A stretch of DNA of 63,225 nucleotides, the filler included, from Chiloscyllium plagiosum (Eukaryota): NCBI RefSeq assembly GCF_004010195.1. It is 4 parts of one record of this genome, joined end to end, with 100 filler letters (N's around TTAATTAATTAA, not from the genome) between each part and the next. Parts side by side here need not be neighbours in the genome. Positions count along the whole stretch, not along the records: positions 36,328 to 54,524 come from NC_057711.1; positions 54,625 to 63,225 come from NC_057711.1; 2 more parts are not named here. One strand, given 5' to 3'. The position numbers and the translations under genes were made by a program. Of this stretch, positions 54,150-63,225 are shown piece after piece. The notes beneath the pieces were generated by a model that saw only the letters and a list, made by a program, of their open reading frames with translations, did not search any database and was not told the origin of the DNA. Every line of letters begins with the position of its first letter. The stretch's first letter is position 1.

Positions 54150-54524
54150 ATTAGAACATAGAACATAGAACAATACAGCACAGAACAGGTCCTTCGGCCC
54201 ACGATGTTGTGCCGAACATTTGTCCCGGCTTAAGCACCCATCCATGTACCTATCCAATTGCCGCTTAAAGGTCACCAAAGATTCTGACTCTACCACTCCC
54301 ACAGGCAGTGCATTCCATGCCCCCACCACTCTCTGGGTAAAGAACCCACACCTGACATCTCCCCTATACCTTCCACCCTTCACCTTAAATTTATGTCCCC
54401 TTGTAACACTCTGTTGTACCCGGGGAAAAAGTTTCTGACTGTCTACTCTATCTATTCCTCTGATCATCTTATAAACCTCTATCAAGTCACCCCTCATCCT
54501 TCGCCGTTCCAATGAGAAAAGACC
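54150..54524 (-). mobile_element. Young CR1 3' end running into the gap
   Basis: RRMRGDLIEVYKMIRG...FFTQRVVGAWNALP; (TTCTATG)n tail. Confidence 0.9.
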
Positions 54525-54624
54525 NNNNNNNNNNNNNNNNNNNNNNNNNNNNNNNNNNNNNNNNNNNNTTAATTAATTAANNNNNNNNNNNNNNNNNNNN
54601 NNNNNNNNNNNNNNNNNNNNNNNN
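54525..54624. other. Scaffold gap: 44 N + TTAATTAATTAA + 44 N
   Basis: Linker at 54569-54580. Confidence 0.97.
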
Positions 54625-56550
54625 TTTACCCTATCCATGCCCCCCCCTCATGATTTTATAAACCTCTAGTTCTGGACTCCCCCACCCCAGGGGGAAAAGA
54701 CCTTGTCTGTTTACCCTATCCACGCACCCCTCACCCCTCAGCCTCCGACGCTCCAGGGAAACCAGCCCCAGCCTGTTCAGCCTCTCCCTATAGCTCAGAC
54801 CCTCCAACCCTGGCAACATCCTTGGAGTCCAGAACTAGCGGGGCGTAGGTTTAAGGTGAGAGGGGGGAAAGGGACCCGAGGGGTAACTTTTTCCCCCAGG
54901 GGGTGGTACGTGTATGGAACGAGCTGCCAGAGGAAGTGGTGGGGGCTGGTACAATGACAGCATTTAAAAGGCATCTGGATGGGGGACATGGATAGGGAGG
55001 GTTTGCAGGGAGATGGGCCAAGTGCTGGCAAAAGGATTACGTTATGATTCGGAGATGCCGGTGCTGGACTGGGGTGGACAAAGTTAAAAATCACACAACA
55101 CCAGGTTATAGTCCAACAGGTTTAATTGGAAGCACTAGCTTTCGGAGCGACGCTCCTTCATCAGGTGGTTGTGGAGAATAAGATTGTAAGACACTGAATT
55201 TATGTAAGTGTACGTGTGTGTGTTGGGGAGGGGGGACGTTATGAGTGTCTCATTACACTCACACACACTCTCTCTCAGACACTCATACACTCCCCCAACC
55301 CCACGCACACGCCCACACATACTAATACACGTAAGTTTGTGGGGTGAATTTGTACTTGCAGAGTTACATGGTACTTTGCTCAAAACCTGCATGAATCTGT
55401 GTAAGACTCTGTAAATCCGTTTTATAGATTAGAATCGGTCTGACCGTTGTGGCACAGACAGCCGCACACAGGGAAGCTCACACCTTCAATACATTATCTG
55501 GGCCGACATGACACTCATTGTTAATGTTCACTTGAGAATGTAGATTTTTAAAAAGTTTTGTGATTTATATATCAAAGAACTGAAACCAACATGGTCATTC
55601 TAAAAGACGAGAGACTTAACAAACAATCCAGATCTTTTTCAATATATAATTTCAGTTACATCACGCTGGAAACCTTTGCGATAAATTCTGCGTCTTACAA
55701 TCTTATTCTCCACAACCAGCTGATGAAGGAGCGTCGCTCCGGAAGCTAGCGCTTCCGATTAAACCTGGTGGACTATAACCTGGTGTTGGGTGATTTTTAA
55801 CTTTAGATGAGGTTAGCATATCTGGGTCGGCATGGATGAGTTGGAGCGAAGGGTCTGTTTCTGTGCTGTGCATCTCTATGACATCCTCAGATCCCTCGAA
55901 GTTGCCCCCCAAGTTGGCAGGGTTGTTAAGAAGGCGTATGGTGTGTTGGCTTTCATTAGCAGGGGGATTGAGTTTAAGAGCCGCGAGGTTATGCTGCAGC
56001 TCTATAGAGCCCTGGTTAGGCCACACTTGGAACATGGTGTTCAGTTCTGGTCACCTCAATAGAGGAAGGAGGTGGAAGCTTTGGAGGGTGCAGAGATTTC
56101 CCGGGATGCTGCCTGGCCTGGAGGGCAGGTCTTATGAAGCAAGGCTGAGGGAGCTAGGGCTTTTCTCATGGGAGTGAAGGAGGGTGAGAGGTGACTGGAT
56201 AGAGGTGTACAAGATGGTGAGAGGCAGAGAGAGAGAGGGGATAGACAGAGACTTTCTCCCAGGGCGGAAATGGCTATCACCATGGGGCATCATTTGAAGG
56301 TGATTGGAGGAAGGTTTCGGGGAGATGTCAGAGGGAGGTTCTTTACACAGAGAGTGGTGGGTGTGTGGAAGGCACTGACAGCAGTGGGAGTAGAGTCAGA
56401 GACATGAGGGACATTTAGCGACGGCTGGACAGGCACATGGATGATAGTAAAATGAGGGATGTGTAGGTTAAGTTGAGATATATGCTTGGCACAGCATGGT
56501 AGGCAAAAGGACCTGCAGTGTGCTGGACTGTACAATGTTCTATGTTCTTT
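54625..56550. mobile_element. Cluster of CR1 fragments with an inverted-terminus Penelope piece (~55044-55805)
   Basis: CR1 motifs on both strands; inverted TTAAAAATCAC...CTTCATCAG termini. Confidence 0.8.
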
Positions 56551-57562
56551 GAAGTGACTCCATGCTTGCGTTGTGGGAGGGAGGGAAGGTGCACTGATGG
56601 AAGAAGATGATTGTGCAAGGAGCTTGAGAAAACAAAATGAAAATTAACTGAGAAGATCACATCAAGAAAAAAGAGAACAGAAAGGCCTGAAAGTCTGAGG
56701 GGGACCACTTCGCAAGAGACAAGCTTTTCCTCACATTTTCCATGTTTTTGAGAATCTACACTGGTCAGACTCACATCTCTATTCCTAGACCATCTCTGGC
56801 CTCATGACCCTCCCTATCNNNNNNNNNNNNNNNNNNNNNNNNNNNNNNNNNNNNNNNNNNNNNNNNNNNNNNNNNNNNNNNNNNNNNNNNNNNNNNNNNN
56901 NNNNNNNNNNNNNNNNNNNNNNNNNNNNNNNNNNNNNNNNNNNNNNNNNNNNNNNNNNNNNNNNNNNNNNNNNNNNNNNNNNNNNNNNNNNNNNNNNNNN
57001 NNNNNNNNNNNNNNNNNNNNNNNNNNNNNNNNNNNNNNNNNNNNNNNNNNNNNNNNNNNNNNNNNNNNNNNNNNNNNNNNNNNNNNNNNNNNNNNNNNNN
57101 NNNNNNNNNNNNNNNNNNNNNNNNNNNNNNNNNNNNNNNNNNNNNNNNNNNNNNNNNNNNNNNNNNNNNNNNNNNNNNNNNNNNNNNNNNNNNNNNNNNN
57201 NNNNNNNNNNNNNNNNNNNNNNNNNNNNNNNNNNNNNNNNNNNNNNNNNNNNNNNNNNNNNNNNNNNNNNNNNNNNNNNNNNNNNNNNNNNNNNNNNNNN
57301 NNNNNNNNNNNNNNNNNNNNNNNNNNNNNNNNNNNNNNNNNNNNNNNNNNNNNNNNNNNNNNNNNNNNNNNNNNNNNNNNNNNNNNNNNNNNNNNNNNNN
57401 NNNNNNNNNNNNNNNNNNNNNNNNNNNNNNNNNNNNNNNNNNNNNNNNNNNNNNNNNNNNNNNNNNNNNNNNNNNNNNNNNNNNNNNNNNNNNNNNNNNN
57501 NNNNNNNNNNNNNNNNNNNNNNNNNNNNNNNNNNNNNNNNNNNNNNNNNNNNNNNNNNNNNN

Positions 57563-57875
57563 GGATGTGCAGGTTAGGGTGGGTTGGCTGTGGGGAATTG
57601 TCCCATAGTGCCCAGGGATGTGCAGGTTATTGTGGATTGGCCATACTAACTTGTCCCGTAGTGCCCAGGGATGTGCGGGTTAGGGTGGATTGGCCGTGCT
57701 AAATTGTCCCCGTAGTGCCCAGGGATGTGCAGGTTAGGGTGGGTTGGCCGTGCTAAATTGTCCCCGTAGTATTACATGCATTAGTGAGGGTTAAATATAG
57801 GGTCTGGGTGGGTTACTCTTCAGAGGGTCGGTATGGACTTGTTGGGCTGAAGGGCCATACTGCAGGGAGCCTAAT
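57563..57875 (+). repeat. HE1-type SINE with an internally amplified ~53-bp tandem unit
   Basis: About four copies of GGGATGTGCAGGTTAGGGTGGATTGGCCGTGCTAAATTGTCCCCGTAGTGCCCA; similar at 62133-62260. Confidence 0.85.
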
Positions 57876-58432
57876 CTACTCATCAAAGGCTGGCACAATG
57901 TCAAGGGGCAGACTGTTCTATGTAAACGGGGGGTGAGGAATAGCAGAGAGGTCTGGATGGGCTGAATGGTCTCATTTCCTCCCTCTCTCTGATGAACTTT
58001 ACAAAACACAAAGGGTTTTTGTTTTGAAACAAAACACGCTGAGGGTGGCTGATGTGTGGAATGAGATTCCTGAGGAAGTGAGTGCAGTGCAGACACTTGG
58101 AGAACATTCTTGTCTGGGAGAGGTACAGAGTTGGAGCTGGCAGCTGTGTGGGACTAGCTGGGTTGGGGATTAGGGAGTCATTTGTGCTGCCTGACTCTGA
58201 GAGAGAGGAAGACAGCGGCTGATCGCTGAGGGAGATAAGGTCAACTGATTTGAAGAGCTGGTGGCAACAGAGAGAGAGAGAGAGAGAGAAGGGGAGGAAG
58301 CTAAGACTGTGAGGTTGCACTTCCCGTTGCACGATCCCTCCCTGTTTCAGAGAGAGGGACTCGCTTTGAGTGTGGAAGGCAGGGCTGTGGGAGAGAGCAG
58401 CCAGGCACACACACACACACACAGACACAGAG

Positions 58433-58540
58433 ATGTCCAGTGAGGAGCAGTACTCCCCTGCCTCAGAGGGAGATGGGCTACTCAGCCGCTTTCAGAATTA
58501 CGCACGGACCAGGAAAGGCATGGTTTTACTCGGCGAGGTG
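58433..58540 (+). CDS. PLP2: Proteolipid protein 2-like (MARVEL family) coding exon 1
   Basis: ATG 58433; MSSEEQYSPASEGDGLLSRFQNYARTRKGMVLLGEV then donor GTG|GTGAGT (phase 0). RTRKGMVLLGEV matches recalled PLP2 RTRKGILLFAEI. Exon 2 not found in the window. Confidence 0.8.
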
Positions 58541-58709
58541 GTGAGTGAGATTTCCAAAGAGGTGTACGGGACCCACCCTTCCTCCCTTCCTCCCTCTCTC
58601 TCTGACAGGCTAACTGTTGCACTTGCTGCACACACAGCCCGCTCTTGTTTGGCTGTGGGCACGGGGTTAGCTCTGTTTACAGTTGGAGCTCCTCTTGGCA
58701 GACTGTCAC

Positions 58710-58880
58710 CCCCTCTCCCTCTCTGTCTCTCTCACCCTCCCTCTCTGTCTCTCTCACCCTCCCTCTCTGTCTCTCTCACCCTCCCTCTCTGTACACACTC
58801 TGTGCCTCTCTCCCACTCACACACACACACTGTGCCTCTCTCACACACGCACACACTCTGTGCCTCTCTCCCACACATAC
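58710..58880 (+). repeat. CT/CA-rich minisatellite in PLP2 intron 1
   Basis: Tandem CTCTCTGTCTCTCTCACCCTCC (22 bp) followed by CACAC..TGTGCCTCTCTC units. Confidence 0.85.
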
Positions 58881-59754
58881 ATGTTTAGTTTATGGGGTGA
58901 ATGTACATTTGCAGACAGCTTCACTTGTGTCCAATAGGCTCACAATCTATAGGCACTCAGACCCTGTGACATTTTATAAATCCCAACACCGGAGACAGAA
59001 CCAATCTGACTCAGGGACACAGACAGACGCAAACCTCACACCTTAAATGCATTGTCTGGGCTGAGATGTCTTTTTTTTTCAAATCTTAAGGTGTCTCGGG
59101 AACGTGACTTGAAAGGTGTTCTGGGGATTTCCATATTCAGGAATCGCAACTCGTTCTGAAAGATTAAAGACTTACCAACCATCTCGGTTTGGTCAATATA
59201 TCGCATCAGTTGTATGATGGTATGATCTTGAGCTATAAACACTTTGTCCTATGATCCTGCCTCACTACGACCTGATGAAGGAGCAGCGCTCCGAAAGCTA
59301 CTGCTTCCAAATAAACCTGTTGGATGTAACCTGGCGCTTTTGACTCTGAGCCATTGGGATACACGCAGCACTAGCTATGACCAGCTGGGGGCAGTGTTAC
59401 CCTACAAATTGGCTTCCAATCCCAGGCCAGTTGCCTCTTTGATCTCTCACCCCTCCCCGGCGTTGACCAAGCTCTGGATATTTCTCCATCATTGCTGAAC
59501 CATCTCGGCCTCACTCCCCCGACCAACCCTGGACGCAGGCCCTCCCTCCCACCACCTCCCAGTCTCCTCCGTTGGCCCTCTTGTCCTGAGCTGCCGATCT
59601 CGCATCGCCTCCCACCTCATCGCGCGCTCCCCTCAGAAGGGAAAAGCAAAACTCCGCGCATCCCGTTTCCACCCTCGTTCCCAAACGCCGCTCCCTTAGG
59701 AAGGCCCCAATTCACGTTAAACTGTCTTTCCCAGGGTCAGCCTACCCTGGGATC

Positions 59755-61960
59755 ACAACAGTTCACTTCATACATGAACGGGCCAGATGAAGGGCCAGGG
59801 GGGCGTCCTGGCTCAGTTTGCAGATGACACAAAGATTGCTGGAGGGACAGGTAGCGTCGAGGAGGCGGGGAAGGCTGCTAGAAGGGTTTGGACGGGTTAG
59901 GAGAGCGGGCAAGGAAGTGGCAGGTGGAGCACAGCCTGGAAAAGAGCGAGGCCATGCCCTTTGGTCGGAAGAACAGACGCATGGACTGCTTTCTCAACGG
60001 GGAGAGAATTCCGAAGCCTGAAGTGCAGAGAGACTCGGGAGTTCTCATCCAGGATTCTCTCAAAACCAAACTCTCACGGTTGAGTCAGCGGTTAGGACGC
60101 CCCGACGGCATTTATTCGGAGAGGACTTGAACGTAAAAGCGGGGATGTAATTCCGAGGCTCCGTAAGGCTCTGGTCAGACCACATTCGGAGTATTGTGCC
60201 CAGGTTTTGGGCCCCAATCCCTCAGGAAGGACGGACTGGCCTCTGGAGTGGGCTCAGAGGCGGTTCGCGAGAATGGGCCCAGGAACCAGCAGCTTAACCC
60301 ATGAGGCACGTTTGAGGACTCTGGGTTTATACTCGATGGGGTTTAGAAGGAAGGGGGGTGGGGGCGGGGGGGATTTAATTGAAACACAGGGAACGGCCTG
60401 GACAGAGTGGATGTTGGGAAGGGGGTTTCCATTGGGAGGAGAGAGTGGGACCCAAGGGCACAGCCTTAGAGGAAAGGGAAGACCCATTAGAACAGAGATA
60501 ACGGGGTCAGGTCATTGAGTCTATTTAGATTAGATTAGATTCCCTACAGCGTGGAAACAGGCCCTTCGACCCAACCAGTCCACACCGACCCTCCGAAGAG
60601 TAACCCACCCAGACCCATTTCCCTCTGACTAACGCACTTAACACTACAGGACAATTCAGCACGGGCCAATTCCACCCTGACCTGCAGAACTTTGGACTGT
60701 GGGAGGACACCTGAGCACCCGGAGGAAACCCACGCAGACACGGGGAGAACGTGCAAACTCCACCCAGTCACACACAGAGTTGCCTGAGGCTGGGATCGAA
60801 CCGGGGACCCTGGTGAGGTGAGGCAGCAAGTGCTAACCACTGAGCCACCGCGCTGGCAAAATTGGAGACAGATAGATTCTTCAATATCCAGGGGACCAAG
60901 GGTTATGGGGAGCAAGCAGGCAAAGGGGGGTGAGAAACCGATCCACCACGATTGAATGGTGGAGCAGGCTGGACGGGCTGAATGGCCTAATTCCTGCTCC
61001 TTTGTCTCATGGTCTCACCTTCCTCCGAACTGGAATCGATGAGGTGTTGAGGACGAAGCTGTGAGGTGAATGGTTTTCTGCAGAATGGAGAAAGGGTAAC
61101 GGGGAGACACCCCCGGGGACGGACAGGGGAGCTGAAGATAAACCACTGCTGCTAGTTTTGGGACCTCTTGAGTTTGCAAATTAGGGCCATCCATTCAGGT
61201 CAGGAACAATCCCCCCTAACCTGCACATCCCGGGACACTACGGGGACAATTTAGCACGGCCAATCCACCCTAAGGGTGGTACGTGTGTGGAATGAGCTGC
61301 CAGAGGAAGTGGTGGAGACTGCAACATTTAAGACGTATTTGGATGGGTATATGAATAGGAAGGGTTTGGAGGGATATGGGCCGGGTGCTGGCAGGTGGGA
61401 CTAGATTGGGTTGGGATATCTGTTCGGGCTGGACCGAAGGGTCTGTTTCCGTGCTGGACATCTCTATGACTCTCTGTGGAGTATTATGCCCAGGTTTTGG
61501 GCCCCAATCCCTCAGGAAGGACGGACTGGCCCCTGGAGTGGGTTCAGAGGCGGTTCACGAGAATGGGCCCAGGAACCAGCAGTTTAACCCATGAGGCACG
61601 TTTGAGGACTCTGGGTTTATACTCGATGGGGTTTAGAAGGAAGGGGGGTGGGGGGGCCTGGACAGAGTGGATGTTGGGAAGGGGGTTTCCATTGGGAGGA
61701 GAGAGTGGGACCCAAGGGCACAGCCTTAGAGTAAGGGGATGACCCTTTAGAACAGAGATAAGGAGAAACATCTTCAGCCAGAGAGCGGGGGATCTATGGA
61801 ATTCATTGCCACAGAAGGTCGTGGGGGGGTCAGGTCATTAAGTATGTTTAAGATGGCGATACAGAGCTTCTTCACGATCATGGGGAGAACGGGGGTTACC
61901 AGCCAGGATTGAATGGCGGAGATGGGCTGAATGGCCTGATTTCTGCTCCGATGGTCTCCT
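59755..61960 (+). mobile_element. GC-rich CR1 remnants with a nested HE1 SINE (60525-60855, minus) and a locally duplicated segment
   Basis: QFADDTK at ~59815; 60188-60495 is nearly identical to 61477-61760. Confidence 0.78.
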
Positions 61961-63225
61961 AGATAACCCACCTGCTTCCCTGATGCCCCCTTCGGGCACG
62001 AAGGGGCCGCCCTAACCCCGGGGCTGGCCCTACACGTGACTCCTGGCCCGTGGCAATGCGGTGAACTCTCACCTCCCACCTCCGTCCCCCCGCCCCCCAA
62101 ACGTCCGGGCGACGGGAGGATGGGCAATAATACGCAGGTTAGGGTGGATTGGCCGTGCTAAATTGTCCCGTAGTGCCCAGGGATGTGCAGGTTAGGGTGG
62201 ATTGGCCGTGCTAAATTGTCCCCGTAGTGCCCAGGGATGTGCAGGTTAGGGTGGATTAGTCAGGGGTATATGTGGAGTAATGGAGTAAGGAGAATGGGTC
62301 TTGGTGGGATACTATTCGGAGGGTCAGTGTGGACCTGTTGGGCCGAAGGGCCTGTGTCCACACTGTCGGGAGTCTATGATTCCATGGGGAACGGTGCTGT
62401 GTTCATTGTCCGAACCCCAGAGCTTCGGACGTCTGGATGATTGTGTCAGGTTAATTGACAGAGGGTTCACATCACATCAAGACGCAGTGGATTGGAACAG
62501 CAGGGCATGGCTGATCACACAGCTCCGCGCCCCCCACATTCCCAGACCCCCTGCTTTCTTCCCCGATGTCCTTTGCTACGTTCAGTCCTTGAGACACTCG
62601 GTATTTCGCCTTTGGACTGCTTTTCTGTTCCAGAGAATCTGACAGGATCTCTCTCTCCCCATCTCGCTCCCATTCCCATCTGGTATTGGACTGTGTCTCC
62701 CCCTTGGAACACCCAACCATCCAGCCCTGTTTCACTTTTCAGAGGCCTTTATCAGGTCTCCCTCCCTCCTTATTTTTCCAGAATCCCAGCGGATACGGAC
62801 TTATAGAGTCGTAGAGATGTACAGCACGGAATTGGACCCTTCGGCCCATCCCGTCCATGCCGACCCAGATACCCTAACCTAATCCAGTCCCTGTTTGCCA
62901 GCACTTGGCCCCTATCCCTCTAAACCCTTTTTATCCACGTTCCCGTCCAGATACCTTTTAAATGTCGATTTTATTGTCATGTGTACTCGAGTGCAGGAGT
63001 AGAATGAAAAGTGTCTCTTGGATCGGAGCTACAGGGAGAGGCTGGATAGGCCGGGGGCTGTTTTCCCTGGAGTGTCGGAGGCTGAGGGGTGACCTTATAG
63101 AGGTTTATAAAATCATGAGGGGCATGGATAGGGTAAATAGACAAGGTCTTTTCCCCCTGGGGTGGGGGAGTCCAGAACTAGAGGTTTATAAAATCATGAG
63201 GGGGGCATGGATAGGGTAAATAGAC

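Larger units (their letters stand above)
48105..54150. repeat. Tandem segmental array (~2.1-2.3 kb units) each carrying GDA exon 1, its upstream region, an old CR1 fragment and a Penelope insert
   Basis: Directly alignable blocks; ATG spacing 2117 and 2274 nt. Confidence 0.95.

Noticed and set aside
57563..57770. Regularly spaced repeats, superficially CRISPR-like
   Set aside because: Head-to-tail units without unique spacers, SINE-derived, vertebrate context, no cas genes.

Overview
Repeat-dense eukaryotic (vertebrate) genomic DNA, most likely a shark or other elasmobranch, judged from HE1-type V-SINEs, abundant CR1 LINEs, Penelope elements and DeuSINE-like copies. It is a draft scaffold with five N-gaps, three of which contain an artificial TTAATTAATTAA linker. 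Two genes can be read by hand. (1) Guanine deaminase (GDA) on the minus strand: coding exons 1-7 at 48637-18284, canonical GT-AG splice sites, consistent phases, 242 codons with no stop; exons 8 onward were not found. (2) Exon 1 of a PLP2-like MARVEL gene on the plus strand (58433-58540). The main finding is that GDA exon 1 and its upstream region sit in a ~2.1-2.3 kb unit present in three tandem copies (48.1-54.2 kb). All three copies keep ATG, an open frame and the phase-0 GTGAGC donor. The two extra copies each carry a pair of frameshifting deletions that cancel out (-20/-16 and -2/-1), so this is a candidate variable-first-exon array giving GDA alternative N-termini. Nearly all ORFs in the supplied track are retroelement debris. 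All homology calls come from recalled family motifs, not database searches; transposon boundaries are approximate.
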